A DNA stretch of 64,000 nucleotides. Source: Eledone cirrhosa. Taxonomy: Eukaryota. Positions 1 to 14,089 of the stretch are shown piece by piece; the first letter of the stretch is position 1; every line of letters starts with the position of its first letter. A model generated the notes under the pieces. It did no database searches and had not been told where the DNA came from. It saw only the letters and a list, made by a program, of their open reading frames with translations. The DNA lies in the NCBI GenBank assembly GCA_964016885.1, contig OZ024742.1, positions 188,170,001 through 188,234,000 on the forward strand. Direction: 5' to 3'. The position numbers were made by a program, and so were the translations under genes.

Positions 1-461
1 ATTGCAAAATATGTTGCTAAAAATGTATACGGCAAGCCCAACTATTACGAGCGAGAAATAAAGGAGCCAGAAAGAATATAAATTAGAACAAAACAAAACA
101 AGAACTTACATCTTTAAATTATATTTCATATTTCGAGTTTAAATCTACTTAACACATGAATAAAATTGTGTATAATGGGAAATCAGACCGAAATCTCGCA
201 AAAAAATCTATTTGTTTGGAAGTTTGGGGAAAATACTCTCTTGTACGAGAATAACAGCTCAGTGGCTTCATTTGACACGCGTTTGCAGTTATTGATGAGG
301 TTTGAGAATTATTTTTTTATATATTTGTAAATGGTGAGAATAACTTCATATCAGTCTGTCTGCTTGTTTTTAACAGCCATCTTGAACTGACACACCCGCT
401 GTTAATCGACACCACTATCTCTCTTTCTCAAAGACACGCACTATATATATATATATGAATA

Positions 462-505
<44 letters not shown>

Positions 506-718
506 TATGTGTGTGTGTAAATATATATATATATATATATATATATTGTTATACTTTGGGGGGGTCATGTTACCAATAAGAAACACACGCACCAGTTGCT
601 TTCACTTCAATTTATTATATATTTATAAATTTATAAATTTACAAATTTACAAATCTACAAACTTATAAATTTCTGGTTGGTTGGTTGGTTCCACAACCAG
701 ATAGTTGTTTATATATAT

Positions 719-763
719 AGTCATAGTCCTTTCGTCACACACTCTGTGACCTCTTCAGTGACT
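719..763 (-). ncRNA. Hammerhead ribozyme motif, inverted-arm copy (family A)
   Basis: Exact reverse complement of 893-937. Confidence 0.65.
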
Positions 764-892
764 GGGGATTCCTTTCTTCGTTTCTGTGCCTTTCCTTTCT
801 TCTATCCTACGCCATTTTGTTTCTCATTTTGAGAAACAAAATGGCGTAGGATAGAAGAAAGGAAAGGCACAGAAACGAAGAAAGGAATCCCC

Positions 893-937
893 AGTCACTG
901 AAGAGGTCACAGAGTGTGTGACGAAAGGACTATGACT
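893..937 (+). ncRNA. Minimal type I hammerhead ribozyme motif (family A)
   Basis: AGTCA-CTGAAGA-G-GTCAC(agagtgt)GTGAC-GAAA-GGAC-TA-TGACT. Stem I AGUCA/UGACU, stem II GUCAC/GUGAC, one extra G after A9. Predicted cut after 932. Confidence 0.65.
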
Positions 938-1167
938 ATATATATAAACAACTATCTGGTTGTGGAACCAACCAACCAACCAGAAATTTATAAGTTTGTA
1001 GATTTGTAAATTTGTAAATTTATAAATTTATAAATATATAATAAATTGAAGTGAAAGCGTGTGGTGCGTGTGTTTCTTATTGGAAACATGACCCTCCCAA
1101 ACTATAACAATATCGGTTTCAACACACGATTTCAGATAAAGAATCTTGCTAAACAAATTCAGAAACG

Positions 1168-1245
<78 letters not shown>

Positions 1246-1428
1246 GTATGTGTGTGTGTATATACATATATATATATATGCCAGTATATGTGTGTATATA
1301 TATGTATGAATATTTATATATATATATATATATATGTATGTTTATGTATATATATATATATGTATATGTGTGTGTATATATATTTATGTATATATGAACA
1401 CACACACACACACGTATATATATATATC

Positions 1429-1633
1429 TGAAGGCGTGTCGCTGAGTGGTTAGAGAATTGGATTCACAATCTTGAGGTTGTGAGTTCGACTCCTGGACCG
1501 GGCGATGCGTTATGTCCTTGAGCAAGACACTTTATTTTACGTTGCTTCTTCTACATGGAGGTGCGACCGAAAGATAGTACAAGCATCTGGAAACATTGTT
1601 TCCTCGGTCCGATTTGGTCGAAAGTCGATTGAT

Positions 1634-1635
<2 letters not shown>
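1429..1635 (+). mobile_element. tRNA-derived SINE (second family)
   Basis: A-box-like GCTGAGTGGTTAGAG and B-box GAGTTCGACTCC, followed by TGTCCTTGAGCAAGACACTTT. A second copy lies at 61244-61458 (-). Confidence 0.75.
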
Positions 1636-1729
<94 letters not shown>

Positions 1730-2149
1730 CAAACAGACAATGTGTGTGTTCGTAACTAGTGGTTTATGAATATGCGATGAATGCGGGACAGCATGACCAA
1801 TGAATTTGTATAATTTGTACATACGATTACAATTCAGAAGTAAAAAGTATCAAAGAAATATTGAACGATGTACGACATGTAAGACATTCTGAAAATCAAC
1901 GAAACAGAAGATATTTGTTGAATAAAATGTAGCTTGGTAGTATTTACTGATTCATATCATATTGTGATTTACAAAGGCAATAACACGTAAATAACACTGT
2001 ATATTTTAATAACAAACTCAGGTACAGCTGTATATATATTAGTATATATACACACACACACACACAGGCACACACAGACACACATATATGTGTATATCTA
2101 TAAATATATATATAATTTGGGAGGGTCCTGTTACAATAAAATCACATGC

Positions 2150-2182
<33 letters not shown>

Positions 2183-2241
2183 TATACATATATATATATA
2201 TATATAATATAAGATGAAAAGATGGTTAAAAGAGTTCCAAA

Positions 2242-2313
2242 TATTTTATTATGCGCATTTCAAAAAACAAATATCATCATGGGATGATATCTGCGTTCTC
2301 ATCAGATAAAATA
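2242..2313 (-). ncRNA. Type I hammerhead ribozyme, inverted-arm copy (family B)
   Basis: Minus strand reads TATTTTAT-CTGATGA-...-GAAA-TGCGCA-TA-ATAAAATA with a perfect 8-bp stem I. Confidence 0.8.
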
Positions 2314-2410
2314 GGAAGACATGATAGGAAGCTTAAAAAACACTTGTGAACAGTGAATCTTTAAATCAACTGCTCACAAGTGTTTTTTTAAGCTTCATAT
2401 CATGTCTCCC

Positions 2411-2481
2411 TATTGTATCTGATGAGAACGCAGATATCATCCCATGATGATATTTGTTTTTGAAATGCGCATAATAAAATA
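2411..2481 (+). ncRNA. Type I hammerhead ribozyme with palindromic stem III (family B)
   Basis: TATTGTAT-CTGATGA-GAACGCAGATATCATC(ccat)GATGATATTTGTTTTT-GAAA-TGCGCA-TA-ATAAAATA. Stem III ATGCGCAT is self-complementary. Predicted cut after 2473. Confidence 0.8.
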
Positions 2482-2600
2482 CTTGGAACTCTTTTAACCA
2501 TCTTTTGATCTTATATGATATATACTCCAGTCCTATAAACTGTAGAGTGATACCTATCCTTTATTTGCATTGCTTTATTGTGATACAATAAAACTCACCT

Positions 2601-2652
<52 letters not shown>

Positions 2653-2826
2653 TATATAAAGTGATATGAATTTAAAATAACCAAGGTAACTATTAAAGTT
2701 ATAAATGTAGGTACGGTTGACATCAATGACCACTATAACCATACGACTGACATCAGCCCTATAATAATTGAAAGTAACTTTAATGTCTACGAGAATGATA
2801 ACTGAAAACTGCCACAATAATATTAT

Positions 2827-2982
2827 TGTTTCTACTTTTGAAACAAGGCCAGCAATTATCCTATAACGATGAATTGCAAAGTTAACCTCGGCGGGATTTG
2901 AACACATACTATAAAGGGCCGTACCTCTATGATGCAAAGCATGGTGTCCGACCCTCTATTGATACCGCCAATTCACCCCGCC
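2827..2982 (-). mobile_element. tRNA-derived SINE, main family (internally deleted copy)
   Basis: Reverse complement of the consensus seen at 35703-35890. Confidence 0.75.
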
Positions 2983-4518
2983 ACGATAATATAATAATAA
3001 TAGAATTGATGATGGAGAATATGATAATCATCATCAAAACAGCAACAATATTGATGATGATTATTATGATAATAATGATGTCTACTATTATTATGATAAA
3101 AATGATAATAACAATTAGAAGGAGAAGAAGAAAATGAAGAATTGTATTGATAGCTATCATAATGTTAATGACAATTATAATTATAATTGACATGTTAAAA
3201 TTGTAATAATTATAACTATAGACATAAGTGTTGTGTTCAAATAATGGTAAAGATGAAGAAAATCTGATTATTGTTGTATTATAGATGGAGACCACGGTGA
3301 TACCCTCGTCAGTCGTTGTAATGATGACTGTGAAGTCTATTACAATAACAATAATGATAATTCGACTTCATATCAGCAAATCGTGTTCTGGCAGAACATC
3401 TGCCGAATTCGTAATAGAAATGGTCTTACATACATCCTATCATCAACGCGTCTGGGGACCTTCTATTTCCAGAGAGGTGCATTCTCACAAGCTGGAGAGA
3501 ATAAGTTGCTGATCTTCTAAACCCGATCACAACAGAATCATCTGATGTACATGAGGTGGATCACGGAGCACTGACTAATACCTGGGTTTCAGAAGTGACA
3601 AGAGCAATTACAGAGCTCTAATGTGACGAAAGTACGGGGGAGGATGAGATTCGTCACGAAATGTTAAAAGCCATAAATAGAGAAGAAATATTCTGGCTGA
3701 CTCATGTCTGCAGGGAGCCCCGAATCTCTGGAAATGCTGTAAGTAATAGCAATCGGGAGTGTTGAACCCAAATTTCAAAAACGCAGAAGAAAGATTGGTC
3801 CAATTATACGGGGATCTCTTTCTTAAGTCTATGCTAAGTATCAAGCAAAGAGATATAGCGATATTGACGGTCGAAGCTATGTGTATAAAACTGAATATTT
3901 ATGTCTATGTATATATTTGTATGTATGAATATGTAGTGTGTGTGTGCGTGTCTTTGTGAGTCTATGTAGGCTGTATATACTTATATGAACAGATATCTTT
4001 TATTTTGCTAAACAACTTCTCCATTAACCGCCAAGACCAGAAGTTGCGTGGCATGAATTATTAAATGCTTTGGAATAAACTACAAAGCAAAGAAGTTCTT
4101 AAAACCCCCATCCTTCTCCTTACTCTCACACACCACTTCCACTTTTTATTCATCTCCTTGTCTCCATTAACACGTAGTTTCTTTTCTCCTCAACCTTCTT
4201 TTTCTTTTTCCTTCACTACTTCTTCATTAATTTATCCTATTCCCCCTCTACGTACTTCGTCTTCATTCCATCACTCACTTTCCTCTCTATCTAGATATTG
4301 CCCCATTACCAACCCACGGCCCCATTTAATCACACCTCTCAACATCCATTCCAATGAAACTATAAATATTGAAGCTAACAAACACAATGACTTTTCTGAT
4401 TTCTATTCACGTATAAGTAATTTGTATGATATAAGTATATATGAAAATATTCACTCTACTACTCCAAGTATCAATTAATCAGGTGGGTTATGGTCTACCT
4501 GGTATTTCACCACACCCA

Positions 4519-4580
<62 letters not shown>

Positions 4581-4584
<4 letters not shown>

Positions 4585-5208
4585 CTTTAGGTGGTTTTGG
4601 AAGCCTCAATATGCAAATGGGTAAACCTCCGGGTAACAAGATCCGGTGGTGAGGAGAGAGATGTAAGTGAATGTAGAATGAAATGTATAGTGTGTAGAAG
4701 AACGTAAGAAAGAGAGTAAAAAATGAAATAATATCACGAGATAGAGTTACCTTGGGAGAGATTTAATTGTCCCTATATATTTCAGATTCACATCCATCAA
4801 CTAGCGGGGGTGGGTCCGGCAGGGGGGGGGGTCGGAAACGTGTCTTCCGCTGTTCGTTGTTTTGAATATCTGATATTCAAAACAACAAACAGCGGAGGAC
4901 ACGTTTCGCACCTTTCCGACAGACAAACCCCCCCACCCGTTGATGGATGTTAATCCGAAATATATTGGGACAATTAAATCTCTCCCAAGGTAACTCTATC
5001 TCGTGTTATTATTTTTATTTTTTACGCTCTTTCCTACGTTCTTCTACACACTATACATCTCAATCTACATTCACTTACATCTCTCTCTCCACCACCGGAT
5101 CTTGTTACCCGGAGATTTACCCATCTGCATTGTTGAGGCTTCCAAAACGACCTAAAGGAATATACCTTATTATTTCACAATGCTTCAAGCAAACTTCAAT
5201 ACTCTCTT
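4581..5208 (+). mobile_element. PLE-like fold-back element, family C, in (TA)n
   Basis: Inverted repeat centred at 4871. Tail ...cacaatgcttcaagcaaacttcaatactctctt(AT)n. Hammerhead-like motif at 4932-4970. Confidence 0.7.
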
Positions 5209-5618
5209 ATATATATATATATATATATATATATCAATTAAAAATTATTTGTCTCTAATTTCTAGACATCTCTATCAAAGTATAAAATATACTAATATGT
5301 TAACAACTCAGAGAGGCGATTAAACTTACGCCAGAATGTTAATTTAGAAGGATACAAGCTAAGCCGGACAAAATATGCCAGTGTTACTCATATAGCTACC
5401 CAACCAAGGTTTCTGGAGTCAAAAACCAATATTAATTATTCCAAAATATTATATTCAATGTCTTCTCTTATTCCAAAGAATTCTTCCCCTGAAGATAGTT
5501 GTTCCAATGTTTTGAAATAATTAATCATGTTTCTCGATTCCAGAAAACACTCTAGGGGAAGATATGAGTAAGACTGACTTATTTTGGTCGGGCTATCTTG
5601 AATTCCCCCCAAATTGAG

Positions 5619-5660
<42 letters not shown>

Positions 5661-5718
5661 TAGATAGATAGATAGATAGATAGATTAATTGATCAACCCA
5701 CGTTTTTGTACATGAATT

Positions 5719-5780
<62 letters not shown>

Positions 5781-6713
5781 ATACATGTCTATATATAAGT
5801 ATACATGTAGAGAGAGAATTAAAATAAGTAAAATATTAGATAATGATAATAGTGCTGCTGAACTGTAGGCGGAGTAGTGAGATATACATAAAATCAATAG
5901 TAGGTGATAGTAGTAAACAACGTGTATACATTATTCAGCATTGTTCCATGAATTATTTGTTACTCTCTCCTATCCTAATATCTATCTTCGATTCTATAGC
6001 GATAATTTAGTTTTGTTTAAAATAATTATTCCATATGGTTGCATTCATTTTCCCCTAAGATATTAAAATCAAGTATACAATAAATAATGGATTTATAATG
6101 TGAACGGGAGTGTAGTGTTTTGACGTCGTATATAACCAAACTTGATTTCAGTCGTAATTCCCCTAATGCATTTGGTAATCATTAATTGAAGCTAAAGTCT
6201 TAATGTTTATAAAAAGTATAACTCTTCAGGCAAAAAATCAGAAGAATTGTTATGCAGGTCTCTCTCTTTGAATCGGTCAATGCTCTTAAATTATCTACTT
6301 AACTCAATTTGATGTGGGTTTTTTTTATATTACTATAAATTAATTTATTCCTTTTTATACTGAGTACAAAATAAAATGGTAACAAATGTTTGATTTTTGA
6401 ATAGTTTTGAAAATAATCAAAGACTCTTTCTGGGTGGGATATAGTAATATAACCAACTGTTGAGCTTAGCTTAACAATCATTCTTATATAAAAGTATGAT
6501 TGTAGAGTTTTAAATCAATAACAACGTCTTAAAATCTCAGTTTTGCATCATAGACACAAGGAAGTTTTCATGCGATTTGGTAAGAAAAGACACGGTTATA
6601 TCATATTTAAACGGACCTATTGTAAAATACACACGTAAGCGCATTGCTCCTATTACTTTTTGAGGTGCAGACGTTCATAAATTTCCGACTAAATTTGTAT
6701 GAACGATTATCAT

Positions 6714-6890
6714 CAGTATCGGTAGAGGGCGTGATGCCATGCTTTTCAGCAAAGAGTTACGGCCCTTTATGGTCTGAGTTCAAATTGCGCCGAGGTTAAC
6801 TTTGTCTTTGATACCTACGGGGTCGATAAAATAAAGTACCAGTAATAATAATCAATGGAATAATTGCCGACCTTGTGCCAAAAGGGAAAC
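6714..6890 (+). mobile_element. tRNA-derived SINE, main family
   Basis: CAGTATCGGTAGAGGG...GAGTTCAAAT...GGGGTCGATAAAATAAAGTACCAG...CCTTGTGCC. Confidence 0.8.
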
Positions 6891-7781
6891 ACTTGTGACA
6901 TCTTTAATCGTATTATACATATTTTACTGTTTTGTGTAAATAAAATAAACGAGCGAAGTATACACAATTGTTTGAAAACTTTATTTTTGAGGGGGGGTGG
7001 ACAAAGCTGCATCCTTACGTACCACATCAATACGCCACTGTTCTCCCCCCCCCACATAGATCATGAAGAAATATATGTGGGTATACCCACTGGGAATACA
7101 ACTATCATAATTTGTTTTCATTGTTATTTGTTGAAGGACAATGAAAATATTACACAGGAACTATGTCAGTGATCCGGTTATAAAGAGTGCGACAATCAGT
7201 TTGACAACAAGAAAGAAATGATAAATTACTTTAACACTTTCAGTGTTCTGTTCCTTGAACGACAGTAATAAATCTTTTATGTTGTAATAAAAATATAGAT
7301 GTGAGTGAATTTGACATATGGAATAGATAAAGTGTGGTTTTCTTAATAATGATCTATTTGTTAAAGTATATGTTTGCTAATCTGTAGAGAGGATGCACTG
7401 AACATATTCAGGTTATTTCCAATAGCCCAATGTTTATTTCTGACATGATTCCACTTTTAGTGAAATGCAATAATCAAGTTAAACTATCGATCAAAATAAA
7501 ATTAACCGCTCCAGATGAATTAAGTATCAATACGAAAGGCTTGCAGCTAAAACGATACCATTGTCTCTACAGCACAGTAGAGAACGAATAGCCGTACTTA
7601 TACTACTAAAATTACCACTAATATCATTATAAACTGACATTTACATCACTAGTTTCCAGCCTATGATGGAGCCTATTGCAGGTTGCTCGACCTTGTAGAA
7701 ATAGCTACCTAATCACCTTCAAATCATATCTCCACGTGACATTCCTATCTGATTTCATGTGTGTATATGAATATATATAGA

Positions 7782-8866
<1,085 letters not shown>

Positions 8867-9669
8867 ATATATATATATATATATAATATATATAATTGGA
8901 AATCAGTAAAATCGAATCTTTGGCGGTTTGCAAGTAAATTCGGCCTACTTATATGATATGATGAGTTAGCAAAGCAAATCACTCGATAAGATAGGACCTC
9001 AGAGTAATAATATACGTTTAAATAGCTTGACAAATCGAACATTGTGGTAGGCGAAACCAACACACAATACATTCCAAAGCAACGATAGAACTAATCAGGT
9101 TGTATATATATTTATATATATTCTTCATTTTATTAAGGCTAAATTGTCAGACATGTGACTCTGGAGTTTTGCCTGTTTATCATGTTGTCATACGATAATA
9201 CACACACACACACACACGCACACACACACGCATATATATATATATATAAAACACAAACACAAACATATGTGTGTCTGGGCGTGTTGTGTACATAGTTTGT
9301 ATAATTAATTTCGCAATACGATTGATGTAGATTTATGTTTTAGAAAAGGTTCATTTTATAATTTGGGAGCGCCATGCTTAAAATGTATTTAACACACACT
9401 ATTTTATTTCACTTAAGTTTATTATTATTCAGGTAACTAATCCATTCATAGGTTAATTTACTAACTGTCTGTTTATTTAATTGTAAGGGTTCTTTCGACA
9501 CACATTCTGTGGACTTGTCAATGAATATTCTCGCTCTTTCGTGCCAGCTCTTTAATTTCGTTTTGTTTCATATACTCCACGATGATGACTAATTGTAGCT
9601 GTAATAATAACATTAGTTTCTAATTATATTTTAACTTGTTTTCAATTTATTATCACAAAGTCATAACAA

Positions 9670-10072
9670 TGGTTTCTACTGTAGGCACGAGGCCAACATT
9701 TTTGGGGGAAAGGTAAAGTTGATTAAGTCGAACCAAGTGCATTACTGGTACATTATTTTATCGAAATCGTAAGGATGATAGGCAAAGTTAACCTAAAACG
9801 CAAAGGCCGTAACTCTATGCCGCTAAGCATGTTGTCAGACGCTCTACCGATACAGACAATTCAAAGTAATAATAATAATAATAATAATTGTTTCTACTGT
9901 AGACACAGGGCCAGCATTTACCCAGTGCATTACTGGTACTTTATTTATTGACACCGTAAGGATGAAAGGCAAAGTCACCATCGGCGGGATTTGAACTCAG
10001 ACCGTAAAGGGACGTAACTATGCTGGAAAGCATGGCGTCCGACCCTCTACTGATGCTGCCAATCCACCGCCT
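9670..10072 (-). mobile_element. Two tandem main-family SINEs separated by (AAT)n
   Basis: 9670-9862 and 9888-10072 are both reverse complements of the SINE consensus. Confidence 0.8.
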
Positions 10073-10359
10073 TTAATAATAATAATAGTAATAATAATAA
10101 TAATAATTGTTTCTTTATTAACCACAAGGGTTTACATAGAATAGACATTAAGAACAGTACAAGACAATACAGGACGGTACAAATTGTCATTTCTGCGTGT
10201 AAAAAACAAAAACAGAGGATGTAACAAAAAAAATAACAATGAAATATTCCCCAACACGGGGGAGACCTCCGAGGGACATTCGTGGAGAAAGCCCATTAAA
10301 AAGCCACAATGACCCTGACCACCAGGGCAAATGCCCTCTCCCAGTTTTCCCTCTATAAT

Positions 10360-13300
10360 TTACAGACACACACTCGGAGTAGGCCCATTCACTCGGGCCA
10401 TTCTTCCCTCTCTCACCCATCTTTCAACAAAATGCTGGGAAGAGAGCACTTCCCTCTCTACCCTGATTTTCCTTTTCAAATGAAATTTGAAAAAGTTAAT
10501 CAGGGCATCACCGAAGAGGTAAGTGCTCGTCTTCAAACCTTTCAAACGTGTCCACCATACTATCTCTTTCGCCATGGCCACCAGACAGATAAAGATTGCC
10601 TGCCCTTACCGGCTAAAGGAAGAGGGCGGGGCAATCCTCACGATGGACTCAACTGATAGCTGGATCGGTCTTACACGCGACAGCAGGTGTTCGACATAAA
10701 CCCAAAAGTTAGCAATGTTCGGACACTTGACGAGTGCGTGCAGGACGGTTTCGTAGCCCTGCGCACATCTCGGACATGCCCGGCTGACGGCACCTCCATG
10801 CCTGTAGAGTTTATCCCGAACTGGCAAAACTCATCGGTAGCACTGCCAGGCCAGGGATTTCTGGAAGTTGTCCATAGGCCCCGACCAGAAATTTCTTCCG
10901 AAGAGATTGGCTAGTTGATTATCGTCAACGCCTAGAGTTTCCCCAAGTACGTCGTCGCTCTTACCCTCCACTAATCCTCTATAGAACGCCGAGGTGGAGT
11001 TTCCACCGATCACATTGCCCGATTGGTCGAGGGCTGTGAGCGCCTGAAGACATTCTAGGCCCCAAGCGCTTCCTCTCGGTCTTCACTTGACCCAGGACCG
11101 CAGCTCCGTCAAGGAGGCGAGCTGGGGAAAGACGCGTCTAGCAAACGGCGACCACACCTGATCACCGTTGAGGAAGAGGTGGAGATGTCGTAGCCTGAGT
11201 GCGTGTCTGCGCATCATCAGCCACGGCATGTCCACCCCTCCACGTAGCGGGTGTTGACAGCAGATGGACAGCCTTACCATCGGAGCGCGTCCCTTGCACA
11301 AAAAGCGAAAGACCAAACGCTCCAGGGTAGTCAGGCGGGGCTTAGGACAAGGTACGACGGTCAGGCGGTAGTAGATGACGGACGCGATGTACGCGTTAGC
11401 CACATCCGCTCGATATGTCAGGGTTAGCTGCCTCTCCGCCCATTTCTGGGTGAGAGAAGCCACCCTGCACATCACCTCGTCCCAGTGTTTGTCCGTATGG
11501 AGGTCCGGACCGAACCAGACCCCTAGCAATTTAACCGGTATGTCCGCCCAGTGTCCCACGACGCTGTTGGACTGCATGGACCTCCCTCTCCAGGTGCTGA
11601 GCTGCAGGCCCACAGACTTTACTGGTTGATCACTGCTCCTGTCACCGCTTCGTATTCTCTTAGTGTAGTGCCGATCGCCTCAATGTGTTTGGAGTTTGAC
11701 ACCACTACGGTGACATCGTCCGCATATGCTGACACGGATCTTCCGCATCCTAGTTCGCGCGGGACCCCCTCAACGTCTCCAGCTTGTGCAGTAATGGCTC
11801 GAGAGTCAATACGTACAAGTGGGACGCGAGGGGACATCCTTGGCGGACCTAGCGCATGAAGTTGAACGGTTCCGAAATGTGACCGTTCACTCTCACCACA
11901 GAGCAGATGTCGCTGTGCATGGCAGCGATCCAGCCTCTGAAGACGGGCCCAAAGCCTGCCGCCTTCATGACTGCCGCTAGGTAACGCTGGTCGACCCTAT
12001 CGAAATCTTTCGACTGATCTAAATTGATCAAGGACCCACCCGTGCCTGGTTCCCTAGCTACCCTCTCTACGATGTATCGCATGAGGTGGAGGTTGTTGTG
12101 GTATGGATCTGTCGGGAATGGCGCATATCTGCGCCTCTTCCACCAGACCACCAACGACAAGCGCCAACCTCTTTGCTAGCACCTTGACCAAAATATTGAA
12201 CTCTGTGTTTAGCAGAGTTATGTCCTGAAATTATCTATGTTATCCCCCTTGTTTGGATCCTTTCTCAGCAGCGCCACGACTCCTCGGCCCACAGAGCTGG
12301 GAATTCTCCCGTTCTGTTGCCAGTTGCAGTAGACGTCCGCCAAGACGCCTCCGAACTAGTCTGGCATCTGTACGTAAAGTTCATAGGGCTGACCATCCAA
12401 ACCAGGCGATTTACCCCTTGTGCAGCCAGTCATTGCCTCCCGTTCTTCCGCCTCTGTTATCGGCTTTTCGCAACACTCCGCCTCAGTGGCCGAGAGCCGC
12501 GGCAGTCAGTCGAGGTAGACACTAAAGTCCATCCCTCGATCCGGCCCGCCGCTGACCCCGAACAGCTGAGCGAACTCTCGCTGAAAAGCTTCAAGCATTT
12601 GCCCGGGATCGAGTAGCATGCACCCGTCGTGGTCCACCAAAACCGGATCGTGGCTTTGTTGCCACGAGCGCCTCCGTCACTCGGACCCATTGAACCGCTT
12701 TCGTCCCCTCATATCTGAGAGCACGCACCCTAGCTCTGACAACGCAGCCTTCGTGCTTTGCATTGGTCAAGGGCCAATTTCGCCGCCAGTACGTCGGTCG
12801 CGATGGCTTTTCTGAACGCCTCGTCTAATTTTCCAACTAGTTCTCCCTCTGCTCTAGTTTTCCCCATAGCTAAAGCCTTACCAAACCTAATGGACTCTAT
12901 TGTAATCGTTCTTTTCAGAGCAAACCACCACTTGTTGTTGACGATAGCACCCGTCAACGCTCGGTTAACTAGTTCACTAATCCGGTCTCTGTAGGCCTTG
13001 CGCGCTGGTAAGGACGCGTTTAGCTTCCAGTAGCCGGGTCCTCGTCTATGAAGCCTATCTAAGTCAAGCATACAGATGACGAATTTGTGGTTCATGTAGC
13101 TAACTATCTTGAATTGTGGACAGCGTATGCTAGACCTATCTATTTCCCTACAAGATACTCTATCTAGATATGATCTGGATGACCTTATGCGGTTAGTCCA
13201 AGTCCACATTGGCACATTCGGGAAATTCAAAATGCCTGAGCAGGTTAGTGAGGCTCATGCACCCTCTCCTCTTATCCGCTAATCCCACATTGTCCCAGCG

Positions 13301-13744
13301 TGCATCTAAGATCCCGTTCCAGTCGCGCACTAACACTACAAAGCGGGACGTTCCTAGAATGTTCTCCAGATGCCTGAAGAATTCAGGCCGCCTTGCTCCT
13401 GTCGGGGAATATGCGGCCACTAGCCCGAAAGCTTGCCCATCTCCGCTGGTCACGTCCAGCACCACCAACTCACCTATGGGTTGAGGTAGATGGCCCGTAT
13501 GGCGAGATCCAAACCTCTCCGAAAAAGCGCAGCAGCTCCTTCCCCCGATCCAGGACAGCTGGGAGATGCGTACACATCGTAGCCGCCGAAAATCGGTGCG
13601 AAGGCCCGTGTTTCGGAGATTCTGGTCTCGCAGATGGCCACTACACTTATGTTTAGTGACCTGAGGTCGTTGAGCAGGTGGCCGAGCTTCCATGACGACC
13701 CCCAACCCACGCGCATTTATGCTGCCTATTATGAATGAGGTCAT
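10360..13744 (-). pseudogene. Tx1 ORF2 (APE endonuclease-reverse transcriptase-zinc finger), frameshifted
   Basis: Fragments: MTSFIIGSINARGL; VVAICETRI; AAYSPT; DWN; WTWTN..SYLDR; GPGYWKLNAS; LINLDQSKDFDRV; SAYADDVTV; KLLGVWFG; CPRC..ETVLHALVKC. Confidence 0.9.
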
Positions 13745-14089
13745 GTTTAAAATAGAGTGGAAAAGATGGGAAAGACCACTTACCTTACTTCTCGTAAAGG
13801 AAGGATGGAGAAACCATCCTTTTCCACTTGATCGTCTGGTGAAGGGACCGTTGAATCGTCCCTACGGCTGGTCGTCGGCTCTTCTGTGAGTATATACGAA
13901 TATACTGTCCGGTTGACTGTCCCTCCTAGGTCTCTGAAATCACCAACTGCGTTGGGGCATTTTATTTTAATGTTTGTGTATTGTTTCTGTGCTATCCTTA
14001 CCAGTCTTATGTTCGTTGGTGTTTTGATTAGTGCAGGTATTATGTAGTCGTGTTGTGAAATGTCTGTGTGTTCAATTATGTAAGTCATT

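Larger units (their letters stand above)
543..1170 (+). mobile_element. Non-autonomous Penelope-like fold-back element, family A (inverted arm + sense arm + unique 3' tail) in (TA)n
   Basis: Near-perfect inverted repeat 543-1113 centred at ~828, then an unpaired ~57-nt tail. Flanked by (TA)n. Hammerhead motif in each arm. Related copies at 8527-8866, 42327-42795, 2113-2150 and 9358-9530. Confidence 0.75.
2203..2603 (+). mobile_element. Non-autonomous PLE-like fold-back element, family B, in (TA)n
   Basis: Inverted repeat 2203-2524 plus tail ending ...caataaaactcacctcc(TA)n. Other copies at 54117-54318 and 57419-57665. Confidence 0.75.

Noticed and set aside
1429-1505. tRNA-like sequence
   Set aside because: It continues into a SINE body that recurs at 61244, so it is a SINE head and not a tRNA gene.
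3340-3880. GC-richer unique-looking block, similar in character to 18590-18900 and 62860-63140
   Set aside because: Probably old transposon debris. No motif could be assigned by eye.
8950-8995. ATGATGAGT...ACTCGATA, weakly hammerhead-like
   Set aside because: Both core boxes are mismatched and stem I is unconvincing.
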